A stretch of DNA of 64,000 nucleotides from Dehalococcoidia bacterium. Its GTDB lineage: Bacteria > Chloroflexota > Dehalococcoidia > Bin125. The translations under genes and the position numbers were made by a program. The notes under the pieces are model-generated. The model saw only the letters and a list, made by a program, of their open reading frames with translations. It was not told where the DNA came from and did not search any database. Location of the stretch: the NCBI GenBank assembly GCA_963663895.2, contig CAXXRD010000003.1, positions 32,001-96,000 on the forward strand, in the 5' to 3' direction. Below, in pieces: positions 50,578 to 60,452 of this stretch (its first letter is position 1; each line of letters begins with the position of its first letter).

Positions 50578-51783
50578 ATGGACTTCGGATTTTCAGCGGA
50601 GGACCAGGCGTTTCGGGAGGAGGTGACGGCCTTCGCCCAGGAGGCGCTGCCCGCGGACTGGGGCGAGCGGGCGGCCGGGATCAACCCGTTCGAGCAGAGC
50701 ACGGAGGGAGAGGGGAGCGGCGACGCGGCCTGGGAGCTAATGCGGGGTTTCCAGTCGAAGCTGGCCGAGCGGGGCTGGCTGGCGCTGGCCTGGCCCAAGG
50801 AGCACGGCGGTGCAGGGGCCAGCTTCGTGCGGCAGGCGCTGTTCACAGAGACGATGGCAGAGCTGCGGGCGCCCGTCTACAACCAGGGGATCGACCGGGT
50901 CGGGCCGACGATCATGCAGTTCGGAACACCGGAGCAGCAAGCGCGGCTGTTGCCGCCCATCCGGGACGGCGATCTGTTCTTCTGTCAGGGATTCAGTGAG
51001 CCCGGGGCGGGCAGCGATCTCGCGTCCGCCAGGACCCGAGCGGCTCGCGACGGCGACGACTACGTGATCAACGGACAGAAGATCTGGACCTCGTACGCCC
51101 ATCGGGCGGAGCGGATGTTCCTCCTCGCCCGCAGCGATCCCCACGCACCGAAGCACAAGGGCCTGTCGTACTTCGTTCTGGAGATGGACACGCCGGGAAT
51201 CAGCGTGAAGCCGCTGGTGGATCTGGCGGGGCGGCACCATTTCAACGAGGTCTTCTTCGAGGACGTCCGGGTGCCGGCGGCCAACCGGATCGGCGAGGAG
51301 AACGCGGGCTGGTATGCGGCGGCGGCTTCGCTGGACTTCGAGCGATCGGGGATCTACCGGGTCGTCGGGGCGATCCGGACGCTGCACGAGATCACCGCGC
51401 TCGCGAAGCAAGCGGGAGCGGACGGCCGGCGCGCGGTCGACGACGACCGCATCCGGCACCGGCTGGCAGAGCTCCACATCGAGTTCGCGGCTGGGCGGCT
51501 GCTGGCCTATCGGGTCGCATCGCTGTTGGACGCGGGGGAAGCGGCGGGGAACGCGGCGAGCGTGAGCAAGCTGTTCGGGTCGGAGCTGCAGCAACGGCTC
51601 GCAGGAATGCTCAATCTCATGGGGCTGCCGGGGCAGTTGGGAGCCGGAAGCGCCTGGGCGCCGCTGGAAGGGCGCTTGGCGTACGAGTACCTGATCGGCG
51701 TACAACTGACGATCGCGGCCGGAACGAGCGAAATTCAGCGGAACATCATCGCGAGGCGGAGGCTCGGCCTGCCCAGGGAATAG
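50578..51783 (+). CDS. Acyl-CoA dehydrogenase
   Basis: FCQGFSEPGAGSDLAS, NGQKIWTS, AGTSEIQRNII. Confidence 0.92.
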   Translation: MDFGFSAEDQAFREEVTAFAQEALPADWGERAAGINPFEQSTEGEGSGDAAWELMRGFQSKLAERGWLALAWPKEHGGAGASFVRQALFTETMAELRAPVYNQGIDRVGPTIMQFGTPEQQARLLPPIRDGDLFFCQGFSEPGAGSDLASARTRAARDGDDYVINGQKIWTSYAHRAERMFLLARSDPHAPKHKGLSYFVLEMDTPGISVKPLVDLAGRHHFNEVFFEDVRVPAANRIGEENAGWYAAAASLDFERSGIYRVVGAIRTLHEITALAKQAGADGRRAVDDDRIRHRLAELHIEFAAGRLLAYRVASLLDAGEAAGNAASVSKLFGSELQQRLAGMLNLMGLPGQLGAGSAWAPLEGRLAYEYLIGVQLTIAAGTSEIQRNIIARRRLGLPRE

Positions 51784-51859
51784 GCCTGCGGAGCGAAAGC
51801 GCAGACCTGTGCCCGGGCGCTGACCGTCGCCTCGGCGACCATTCGCTGTTCGACTTCCG

Positions 51860-52189
51860 TTAACCGCGGCGATGGCGCAGGTAGACGTTGGCGAGCGACC
51901 CCCACGATGCGACGCAGAAGGGGACAAGGTAGGTCAAGGGGATTTTCCAAGCGAGGCTGGGGGAGAAGTCGCCCGCGAAGAGGGCAGGACCTTGGTTGAT
52001 GAGAATGAGAATGGTGCCGACGACGATCGCGGTCAGGACGGATCGCCGCAGCATGCGCCGGTCGCCAAGGGCGCAAGCTGTGCACTTGAGGACGATGGCG
52101 CCATCCGGGCGAGGCATCCGGAAGACGCGCGTCGCCACGTACTCTTGGCCCGTGAGATGTGGGCAAGCCGAGCCCGGTGTGACGCGCAT
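51860..52189 (-). CDS. nrtS: NrtS-like small nitrate/nitrite transporter
   Basis: AIVVGTILILINQG…KIPLTYLVPFCVASWG; start uncertain. Confidence 0.75.
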   Translation of the reverse strand: MRVTPGSACPHLTGQEYVATRVFRMPRPDGAIVLKCTACALGDRRMLRRSVLTAIVVGTILILINQGPALFAGDFSPSLAWKIPLTYLVPFCVASWGSLANVYLRHRRG

Positions 52190-52219
52190 GCGCGGTTGCT
52201 ATCCAGCGCGACGGGGCGG

Positions 52220-54235
52220 CTAGCCGCCTCCGTCTTCGGCTTCGGGAATCGCTCCGGGTACCTCCTCCTCACCTGAGGCGGCGTCAGCGTCGTCCGGCGA
52301 GGCAGCGTCGGTCTCTTCCCGCGCACGATCGAATACGGAAGCATCCGCCGGAAGCATCCGCGATTCCGGATATTCCGGGTTGCTGCTATCGATCCAGGAT
52401 TTATCGAAGTGATGGGCGGACCACGCGAATTCCAGGGCGCGCTCGTCGGTGAAGAGATACGGCCGGGCGATGCCGATCTGGATCCCGTTCGTGATGTTGA
52501 CGAGCCAGAAGGGATCATCCAGGAAATGCTGCTGGATTTGGCGGGCACGCGTGCGGCGGGCGCTGGCATCGAACGTGCTCCGCATCTGCTCGATCAGCTC
52601 GTCGACGGCAGGGTTGCTATAGCCTCCCCAATTGGCGCCTCCTTCGCTGTGCGCGATGTCGAGCCAGTGGCTGCTGGGGTCCGCCTCGGATTGCTGGAGC
52701 GGGAGGGGTCCGAGGCCGATAAAAGCGGCCACGGTCTTCTCCCGCACGCCGGTGAACAAGGCGTCGTAGGTCAGGAAATCGATGTCGATCGCGAGCCCGA
52801 GATTCCGCTCCAACATCGCTTGGATGGTGTCGGCGATGCCAGGAAAGATGCCCTGAAAGATGTCTGGCACCACGAGCGGCACGCGGCCGATTTGGGCAGC
52901 GCCGCCGGCGGCGCTGACCAAGGCGTTGATCTCCGCGCGATCATCCGCTTTGTCGGGGCGGTAGCCGGGAACTTCCAGCAAGTCGGCCTCCGGGATCGCC
53001 CACTTCGGGAAGAACCAGGGGATGGGGCCGGAAAGGCGGCCATCGCCAAAGTAGAGGGCATCGATCAGCTCAAAGCGATCAATGGCGAGGTGCATGGCGC
53101 GAGCCAACCGCGCATCCGCCAGAGGATTGCGCTCACCGGCAGCGCCGTCGAAGACCATGCCGAGCTGGATCGCGCTTTGGATAGGGCGCTCGTAGGCGGT
53201 GTGGTGCGGAAAATCGGCGCGGAGCTCATCAATGGCGGCTTTGCCCAAGGGGAAGTCGACGGCGTCGATCTGCCCATCGCGGTAGGCGGCCGCCGCAGTG
53301 GCTGCGTCGACGTGAACGAAGGTCCAGCCTTCCGGGTAAATGGGAAGATCCGGCTTCCACCAATTGGCGGAGCGGCGGATCTGAAAGGAGTTGTCGCGGC
53401 TGAAGCTCGCCGGTAGATAAGGGCCGCTGCCTGCGTTGAGCGAGGGATCGTCGGGCGCGTCCCGCCAATCATCGCCGAATTCTTCGGCCGCTTCGGCGCC
53501 GATGATCCAGGCCCACGGGCCGGCGTGCACGTTGGTGAGGTAGGTCGCGTCGGGCTCCTCAGTGCTGAGGCGGATCGTGTGCTCGTCGCTCACCTCCAGC
53601 GTCGCGGTGCGGGTGTAGGCCGCCTGGCGGAAGAAGAAGGGATCGGGAAGGTCTTCCGCGTCCCGTGCCTCGATCTGCCGCTGGATGGTGAACCGCACAT
53701 CCTCGGCGGTGACGCTACGGCCTTCCATGGGCGGCGTCTCCCAGAAGCGCGCAGCCGGGTTGACGCGGAAGATGTAAGTAACCTCGTCCGGGATCTCGGG
53801 GAGCGTGGCGGCCAGATCGGCTTCCAGCGTGCCCCGCGAGATCGACTCCCAGCGAAGGAGGCGGCTGTACATGGTGCTGAGCCACGTCTGCGTCTCGCTG
53901 TAGCGGCTGCGGTGCGGGTCCCACCGGTCGTGCCCTTCGTAGGTGACTTGGGCAGGCCAACCGATGATGCCGCCTTGGACAGGGTTGGGGGGGAGGAGCA
54001 CGGGCGCTGCTTCGTCGGGTGCCGCCTCCTCAACTGTGGGCGTCTCCGGTGGAGTCGTGGCCGGAGTTTGGAGTGGCGCTTGCTCATCGGGAGGTTGCTC
54101 CACCGCGTCCTCGTCGCCATCTTCGCCGCAGCCCACAAGAGCCAGAGCGGAGGCGCCGACGCCGGCGGCGGCGGCGGCGCGGAGGAGCGCGCGCCTGGAG
54201 AGGCGCGTACGACGGTCGGCGGGTAGTCGATTCAT
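52220..54235 (-). CDS. ABC transporter substrate-binding protein family 5 (Tat lipoprotein)
   Basis: LSRRALL, LVGC lipobox, DLA..PEIPD, VTAEDV, GSGPY. Confidence 0.88.
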   Translation of the reverse strand: MNRLPADRRTRLSRRALLRAAAAAGVGASALALVGCGEDGDEDAVEQPPDEQAPLQTPATTPPETPTVEEAAPDEAAPVLLPPNPVQGGIIGWPAQVTYEGHDRWDPHRSRYSETQTWLSTMYSRLLRWESISRGTLEADLAATLPEIPDEVTYIFRVNPAARFWETPPMEGRSVTAEDVRFTIQRQIEARDAEDLPDPFFFRQAAYTRTATLEVSDEHTIRLSTEEPDATYLTNVHAGPWAWIIGAEAAEEFGDDWRDAPDDPSLNAGSGPYLPASFSRDNSFQIRRSANWWKPDLPIYPEGWTFVHVDAATAAAAYRDGQIDAVDFPLGKAAIDELRADFPHHTAYERPIQSAIQLGMVFDGAAGERNPLADARLARAMHLAIDRFELIDALYFGDGRLSGPIPWFFPKWAIPEADLLEVPGYRPDKADDRAEINALVSAAGGAAQIGRVPLVVPDIFQGIFPGIADTIQAMLERNLGLAIDIDFLTYDALFTGVREKTVAAFIGLGPLPLQQSEADPSSHWLDIAHSEGGANWGGYSNPAVDELIEQMRSTFDASARRTRARQIQQHFLDDPFWLVNITNGIQIGIARPYLFTDERALEFAWSAHHFDKSWIDSSNPEYPESRMLPADASVFDRAREETDAASPDDADAASGEEEVPGAIPEAEDGGG

Positions 54236-54382
54236 AGGTAGCAGCGAGCGCGCCCTTCACGGTCTTGCGGTAGGGACCTAGCGTACCGGCCCTGCAGACC
54301 ACCTGCACGGCGGCGGACGGGCGCAGCCTTTATCATCGTGGTCGGCTGAGCACCATCGAGAGAAGGATTCGGAGACGGCAAC

Positions 54383-55357
54383 ATGGCGAAAAAGCGGCTC
54401 GAGGGCAAGGTGGCGATCGTCACCGGGGCAGGCAGCGGGATCGGGCGTGCGGTAGCGCTGCTCTTCGCGGAGCATGGCGCCAAGGTGGTCGTGAACGACT
54501 ACGGCGGGCCGCCCAACGAGGTGGGGGAGCAGAGCAGCGAGCCGGTGGAGCGGGTGGTCGCCGAGATCCAAGCGATGGGCGGGCAAGCGGTTGCGAACGC
54601 CGGGAATGTGGCCGAGATGGCGACGGGCGAGCAAATGGTGCAGCAAGCGATCGATGCCTTCGGCCAAGTGGATATCGCCGTCTGCTGTGCGGGGATCCTG
54701 CGTGAGCGCATGGTGTTCAACATGACGGAGGCCGAATGGGACGATGTCGTCGCCGTGCACCTGAAGGGCCACTTCGCCCTGACCAAGTATGTCTCGCAAG
54801 TCTTTCGGCAGCAGCGCAGCGGCCGTCTGATCTTCATCTCTTCGAACGCGATGTTCGGGGCGCCGGGGCAGCCGAACTACGCAGCAGCGAAAGGGGGCGT
54901 GTGGTCATTCATGCGCTCCTGTGCGAACGCGCTCGGACGCTATAACGTGACCTGCAACGCGATCCTGCCGGCGGCCTCGACCCGGCTGATGGATCGAACG
55001 CCGCAGGCGATGAAACAGCGGCAAGAGCAAGGAATCGTGGCGTCGGAGGCGAACGCGGGGACGCGCCGGGACCCCATCAACGTCGCGCGCTGGATTCTGT
55101 ACCTCGCATCCGACGAGGCACAGGAGGTGACGGGGCAAGCCTTCGGCGTGCGAGGATACGATGTGATCCTGTACAGCCACCCGCATGAAAAGTTCCTCAT
55201 GCGCAGCGACGACGACCAAGCCTGGGACGTCGACCAACTGTTCCAGCGGGCTGAAGCGCAAATGCGGCCTCGCTTGGAAGACCCCAATCTGGGGCGAGGC
55301 GGAGATATCGGCGCCTACGCGGTGGCAGTGGAAGGCGACGCACGGCCGGGGCTCTAG
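54383..55357 (+). CDS. SDR family oxidoreductase
   Basis: TGAGSGIG, VVVND, NYAAAK. Confidence 0.9.
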   Translation: MAKKRLEGKVAIVTGAGSGIGRAVALLFAEHGAKVVVNDYGGPPNEVGEQSSEPVERVVAEIQAMGGQAVANAGNVAEMATGEQMVQQAIDAFGQVDIAVCCAGILRERMVFNMTEAEWDDVVAVHLKGHFALTKYVSQVFRQQRSGRLIFISSNAMFGAPGQPNYAAAKGGVWSFMRSCANALGRYNVTCNAILPAASTRLMDRTPQAMKQRQEQGIVASEANAGTRRDPINVARWILYLASDEAQEVTGQAFGVRGYDVILYSHPHEKFLMRSDDDQAWDVDQLFQRAEAQMRPRLEDPNLGRGGDIGAYAVAVEGDARPGL

Positions 55358-55421
55358 CGGCTCGGTGCGGCTAGACGCAATCGCCCGCGCGGGGTCATAC
55401 TGCCCTACAGAGGAGCGACCG

Positions 55422-55769
55422 ATGGACCAGCTGATGGGGAAACTGCTGCGGGATCTGACGCAGGTGCTGCAGTGGTTTATGCGCCAGCCGCTTTATATCA
55501 AGGCGGCCGTTGTGGTCCCGGCAATGATTGTGCACGCGGTCCTGTTCGTGGTCGTGAACGCGATCGCGGTCAACCTTGGCGCGGGAAACCAGCACTTGAG
55601 CTCCAACGCGAACGGCTTCGACCAGTGGCTGATCTGGATCATCGTCGGCGTCGGGCTGGTACTGGGCCTCGGATTGGGCGGCTTTATCTACTTCGGCGCA
55701 CGCAAGGGTGGCGGCTCGGAGCCATACGACCAAGCCGATCAGGGTGAGACGGGGATGCTCGAGGTCTAA
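55422..55769 (+). CDS. Hypothetical 2-TM membrane protein
   Basis: SD AGGAG, ATG 55422, two hydrophobic segments. Confidence 0.65.
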   Translation: MDQLMGKLLRDLTQVLQWFMRQPLYIKAAVVVPAMIVHAVLFVVVNAIAVNLGAGNQHLSSNANGFDQWLIWIIVGVGLVLGLGLGGFIYFGARKGGGSEPYDQADQGETGMLEV

Positions 55770-55792
55770 GCGACCCGCCCCGGCGATGAAGC

Positions 55793-55816
55793 GAAAGCCC
55801 GCGCAGGCGGGCTTTC
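55793..55816. terminator. Intrinsic terminator hairpin between convergent genes
   Basis: GAAAGCCCGC-GCAG-GCGGGCTTTC perfect 10-bp stem. Confidence 0.7.
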
Positions 55817-55848
55817 TTGCTGACAGCGTTGCCGTGCAACTCCCTGCA

Positions 55849-56811
55849 TTATTGCTCCGGCGCATTGGGGTTCATGTCGTCGGAGAGGAAGCTGGCGTCG
55901 AAGAGGGCGTCCAAGACGCCAAGGGCCCAGGGACCGTCGTTGCAGAGCACCGACTTCGCGGTCGGCTCTGAGTAAAGGGCGATGCGATCGCCGCCTACGA
56001 AAAAGGTGCGCCCATTGATCCGGCGAGCGGCATCGGTACACAGCCAGACGACAAAAGCAGCGACGTTGCCGGGGTGAAACAGATCGGCCTTGAGCCCTTC
56101 GCCGGCCAGGACGATCTCCTCAAGCATCGGATCGGCAAACTGTCCGGGGCGGGTGCGCATCTCGCGCATGCGCTCGAGATTGGCCTCAAGATCGGGGTTC
56201 ACGGTCATGCGCGTGCGTGCGGCGGGGCGAATCGCGTTGCAGGTCACACCGTAGCGGCCGAGGTCCTTGGCCACCGTGCGGGTTAGGCCGACGACGCCCT
56301 CCTTCGCCGAGGCGTAGGAAGCATGGCCCATGGCGCCGAGCCCGGCCGGCGAGGCCGTGTTGACGATGCGGCCGGACTTCTGTTGGCGAAAGAGTTGTGC
56401 GGCGAACTTAATGGTGTTGAAAGCGCCCTTGAGATGCACGCCGTGTTCGCGATCCCACTGCTCATCGCTGATCTTCCAGACCATCTGCTCTTGGAGAACG
56501 CCCGCGTTATTGACCAGGATATCGAGGCGGCCAAAGGCGTCGAGCGTAGCTTGGATCATGCGCTCCGCGGCTTTGTGGTCGGCTACCGAGTCGAAGTTGG
56601 GCACAGCCTCACCGCCAGCCTGCCCGATCTCAGCGACGACCTCCTCCGCGGGAGTGCGGCTGGCCTGCCCTTCGACGCCGGTAACGCTCGTACCGATGTC
56701 GTTGACGACTACCCTGGCGCCTTCGGCGGCGAGTGCCAAAGCCTCCGCGCGGCCGATGCCTCCACCAGCTCCGGTGACGAGCGCGACGCGGCCTTGGAGT
56801 CGGTTGGACAT
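55849..56811 (-). CDS. SDR family oxidoreductase
   Basis: TGAGGGIG, NNAG, SYASAK. Confidence 0.9.
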   Translation of the reverse strand: MSNRLQGRVALVTGAGGGIGRAEALALAAEGARVVVNDIGTSVTGVEGQASRTPAEEVVAEIGQAGGEAVPNFDSVADHKAAERMIQATLDAFGRLDILVNNAGVLQEQMVWKISDEQWDREHGVHLKGAFNTIKFAAQLFRQQKSGRIVNTASPAGLGAMGHASYASAKEGVVGLTRTVAKDLGRYGVTCNAIRPAARTRMTVNPDLEANLERMREMRTRPGQFADPMLEEIVLAGEGLKADLFHPGNVAAFVVWLCTDAARRINGRTFFVGGDRIALYSEPTAKSVLCNDGPWALGVLDALFDASFLSDDMNPNAPEQ

Positions 56812-56816
56812 CGCGG

Positions 56817-57776
56817 TTACTCGTCGAAGAGCTGAGGATTCATGTCGCGGGCAAGGAAGGTTGTGGGAACCGCAGCGTCGATCGCATCGACTGACCAGCC
56901 ATCTCGGCAGATCATCTCTGCCTCAATGTGGGGTTCCTCATAGAGGCCGATGGCGTGGCCTCCCGCGAGAAAGGTGCGGCCGTTGATCTTGGCGGCCTTG
57001 TCCGTACAGAGCCAGACCACGATGGGAGCGACGTTCTCAGCCCGGTGAATTTGGGGATCGGGTCCGCCGCCTGTGATGAGGAAGTCCTCCTGCTCGGGGA
57101 CTGCGAACTGCCCGGGACGTTTGCGGAGCTCACCCATGCGCGCCGTCGCTTCCTTGAGCTCCGGATTCTCGGTCATCCGCGTGGAAGCGCGGGGGCGAAT
57201 GGCGTTGCAGGTGATCCCGTAGCGCCCAAGGTCCTTGGCCACTGTGCGCGTGAGGCCGACGATCCCCTCCTTTGCGGAGCCGTAGGAAGCCTGGCCCATG
57301 CTGCCGAGCCCGGCCTCCGACGAGGTGTTGACGATGCGGCCGGAGCGCTGCGCCCGCAAGATGGGCGCGGCGGCACGAATGCAGTTGAAGTGTCCTTTCA
57401 AGTGCACCCCGTGAACGCGATCCCACTCCTCTTCGGGGATGTTGTAGATCATACGGTCCCGGATGATGCCGGCGTTGTTCACGAGGATGTCGAGGCGTCC
57501 AAAGGTGTCCAACGCGCTCTGGATCAGGTGATTGGCGCCGTCGGTTTCCGCAACGGAATCGTAGTTCGCGAGTGCAGCTCCCCCAGCAGCCCTGATCTCA
57601 TCGACGACTTGGTCGGCGGGAGCGCTGCTGCCATCGCCTTCGCCGGTCTGCACGCCGCCGAAGTCGTTCACGACGATTTTGGCGCCCTCGGAAGCGAGCA
57701 GGAGCGCCTCGCCGCGGCCGATACCGCGGCCGGCGCCAGTAACGATGGCGACACGGCCCTCGAGTCGGGTACCCAT
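56817..57776 (-). CDS. SDR family oxidoreductase, tandem paralog
   Basis: TGAGRGIG, NNAG, SYGSAK. Confidence 0.9.
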   Translation of the reverse strand: MGTRLEGRVAIVTGAGRGIGRGEALLLASEGAKIVVNDFGGVQTGEGDGSSAPADQVVDEIRAAGGAALANYDSVAETDGANHLIQSALDTFGRLDILVNNAGIIRDRMIYNIPEEEWDRVHGVHLKGHFNCIRAAAPILRAQRSGRIVNTSSEAGLGSMGQASYGSAKEGIVGLTRTVAKDLGRYGITCNAIRPRASTRMTENPELKEATARMGELRKRPGQFAVPEQEDFLITGGGPDPQIHRAENVAPIVVWLCTDKAAKINGRTFLAGGHAIGLYEEPHIEAEMICRDGWSVDAIDAAVPTTFLARDMNPQLFDE

Positions 57777-57921
57777 GACCGGGGCAGTATGGCCGATGCG
57801 GATCGGTGCCGCTAGTCATGTGGAACCGCCCACGTGGTCCTCGGATGATCGCCCGGATCAGTGACGATTGGCGAGCCGCCCCAAAGCCTCCGAAGGCGCT
57901 GCGTCTCGCGCGGCGTGTCGA

Positions 57922-57950
57922 TTGACAGATCGAATTTAACGTTAAAGAAT
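57922..57950 (+). promoter_or_regulatory. Promoter with overlapping palindromic operator
   Basis: TTGACA 57922-57927, 17-nt spacer, AAGAAT; TTTAACGTTAAA palindrome at 57935-57946. Confidence 0.55.
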
Positions 57951-57988
57951 GTAATCAGTTTGGTGGCTGGGCTTCCCGAGGAGCCCGT

Positions 57989-58330
57989 ATGACTAGCGTA
58001 TCCGCCCACCCGAACCTCTTGGCTGTCAAGCCTTCTATCGACCTCGCGACGATTCTTCCCGAGACGACTGACTGCACGATCCTTACGCCTGATGCGTCGA
58101 CGGTAGCGCATGGGCGCTGCGACCCGCGTCGTCCCGCGCACCTTGAAGAGGCGTACAGCGTGCAGCTATCCGGCGTGTCGCCGAAAGGCGCGCTGGAGGT
58201 GCTAGTTTACCAAGACAAGCCGGACTTGACGCTGCGGCTCGATAGCGGGGGCGAGGTTGCGGTGCGGCTCGACCACATGACCGGACCGCCTGAACAACGG
58301 CAGTTCTTCTGCCATTTGCAGGATTCGTAG
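57989..58330 (+). CDS. Hypothetical protein
   Basis: GAGGAG SD, 113 aa, upstream promoter. Confidence 0.6.
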   Translation: MTSVSAHPNLLAVKPSIDLATILPETTDCTILTPDASTVAHGRCDPRRPAHLEEAYSVQLSGVSPKGALEVLVYQDKPDLTLRLDSGGEVAVRLDHMTGPPEQRQFFCHLQDS

Positions 58331-58411
58331 GCAGGAACCTCTCGCCCTCTCCCGGGCGCAGCGGCCTGCGTAGCGGCTGCTCGCATCCCGCGAGACGGGT
58401 AGCATCAGCGC

Positions 58412-59632
58412 GTGCTGCTGAGCGTCGTTACGGGGAATCTCCTATCGAAGAAGCTGCGGACACTCCTGACTGTGGCGGGGTTCGGCGTGTGCGTGAATCT
58501 CCATATCGTTGTGACGACGGTGATGCGATTCATCTCCGAAGACCTGGATATGCAGATGCAGCGATTCACCGGGCGCTTGGTGATCCAGTCGCGGAGCGCT
58601 GCCGGAACGACTGGGATCGAGTGGCCACCTATCTCCTCCTCCATCCCACTCGAAGCCGTGGAGCGCGTCCTGGCCTCGGATCGCGTGCAGCGTTCGAAGT
58701 CCACGGCGGTATCGTTCGCGGTGCTGGCGCCGCCGCCCTTCGCGACGGCGCCGCCGGAGGCGCTGGTGGTGGGGCTGGAGGCAGGCCGGGAGGATGCCTT
58801 CCTGGCTGGCGCGCCCGCGATGCTCGGGACCAATCGCCTGCCCGCGGACAGCGGCGCTGCCGAGCATGAGCCGGCGCCGGTCATTCTGGGGGTGCTGGCA
58901 GCGCGCTATCTAGCGGCCCAAGCGTCGGCGACTACCGAAGTGGAATCGCCGATCGGGCCGATAGCGCTGGCAGCGCCGGGGAGTGACTTGGAGATCCGCG
59001 GGGCGCCGTTCCGGGTGATAGGGATCATTGAGCCACAGACGAACCAGCTGTTGCGCTCGTGCGTCGTGATGCCCCTGGAGTCGGCACGGGCGCTTTTGGG
59101 ACAAACGGAGACGGTGGGCGCCGCGATCGTGACGCCGCGGCGAACCAAGGACATTGCGGAGCTAGAAGCCGAGCTGGAGGCGTCGCACCCTGCGCTCATG
59201 GTGGTAAGCGACAAGCAGTTGACGGCCAGTGCCCGGCAGCTGCTGGACCGCACGCAGCAGTTCTTCCGGGTAGTGCGCTGGACGGCAGTGGTCGTTGCGG
59301 CACTGCTGATCACGGTGGTCATGTTCGTAGCGGTATTGGAGCGGACGAAGGAGTTGGGGACGCTCCGGGCGATCGGGGCGCCGGGGAGCGCGATCACAGG
59401 CATGATCCTCGCGGAGGCCTTGCTCGTCGCATTAGCCGGATCGGCGCTGGGGGTGCCGATCTCGCGCCTGGTGATCATGAAAGCATTGGGGCCCGACGCA
59501 GCCGCGATCCGGAGCCGGCGGATCGAGGCGCAGTCGGTCGGGTTGCTGACGGCCCTGGGGTTGCTGGCCGCGATATTGCCCGCGCTGCGCGCGCTGCGGG
59601 TCGACCCGATCGTCGCGCTCCGATACGAGTAG
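58412..59632 (+). CDS. ABC transporter permease (FtsX/MacB-like)
   Basis: KKLRTLLT, VLERTKELGTLRAIGA, PALRALRVDPIVALRYE. Confidence 0.88.
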   Translation: MLLSVVTGNLLSKKLRTLLTVAGFGVCVNLHIVVTTVMRFISEDLDMQMQRFTGRLVIQSRSAAGTTGIEWPPISSSIPLEAVERVLASDRVQRSKSTAVSFAVLAPPPFATAPPEALVVGLEAGREDAFLAGAPAMLGTNRLPADSGAAEHEPAPVILGVLAARYLAAQASATTEVESPIGPIALAAPGSDLEIRGAPFRVIGIIEPQTNQLLRSCVVMPLESARALLGQTETVGAAIVTPRRTKDIAELEAELEASHPALMVVSDKQLTASARQLLDRTQQFFRVVRWTAVVVAALLITVVMFVAVLERTKELGTLRAIGAPGSAITGMILAEALLVALAGSALGVPISRLVIMKALGPDAAAIRSRRIEAQSVGLLTALGLLAAILPALRALRVDPIVALRYE

Positions 59633-59636
59633 CTCC

Positions 59637-60371
59637 ATGGCTTGGCTCTGGCCTAAGCGCGCATCGCGACCCAAGCGGAAGGATGCTCCCGTGCTAGCCG
59701 CACGAGGGCTCAGTCGCAGCTTCCGAGTGGGGGCAAGTGACGTGCAGGCGCTGCGCGCCGTGAATCTGGAGGTCCGAGCGGGCGACTTCGTCGCCGTGGT
59801 GGGACCGAGCGGGAGCGGGAAATCGACCCTCCTGCACCTACTAGGCTTGATCGACTCACCCTCGCGTGGAGAGGTACGACTGCAAGACGAGCCAACGGGG
59901 CGGCTCGGCGAGGAGGCACGGGCCAAGCGCCGACTCAACACCGTGGGGTTCATCTTTCAGACCTTCAACCTGCTGCACTCGCTGACGACCCGCGAGAACG
60001 TGGAGATCGTGTTGCAACTGGCAGGAGTACCGAAGGACGAGCGGCGCAAGCGCGCCGAGGCCCTGCTGCGGACGGTGGGGCTGGGAGAGCGTTTGCAGCA
60101 TCGCCCTGCGAGCCTCTCGGGCGGAGAGCGCCAGCGGGTCGCGATCGCACGGGCGCTCGCGAACCAGCCGGCGGTGCTCCTTGCCGACGAGCCAACCGGG
60201 AATTTGGATTCTAAGACGGGCGAAGAGGTAGTTGCGTTGCTGGAGGAGCTGAATGCGGGTGGCCAGGCTGTGGTGATGGTGACCCACAACGCGGCCCTGG
60301 CGCGGCGGGCCAAGCGGGTGTTCGCCATGCACGACGGCGAGCTTCGCGAGGTGACCGGGGAACCGGCCTGA
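59637..60371 (+). CDS. ABC transporter ATP-binding protein (LolD/MacB-like)
   Basis: GPSGSGKS, LSGGERQRVAIARAL, LADEPTGNLD. Confidence 0.93.
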   Translation: MAWLWPKRASRPKRKDAPVLAARGLSRSFRVGASDVQALRAVNLEVRAGDFVAVVGPSGSGKSTLLHLLGLIDSPSRGEVRLQDEPTGRLGEEARAKRRLNTVGFIFQTFNLLHSLTTRENVEIVLQLAGVPKDERRKRAEALLRTVGLGERLQHRPASLSGGERQRVAIARALANQPAVLLADEPTGNLDSKTGEEVVALLEELNAGGQAVVMVTHNAALARRAKRVFAMHDGELREVTGEPA

Positions 60372-60452
60372 TGCCGAGAGTCGCGTTGACCCTGGCGCCC
60401 CCCGGCTCATAGGCTCAGGCTTTCTCTCACAGATCCGACTCAGGAGGCGGGC

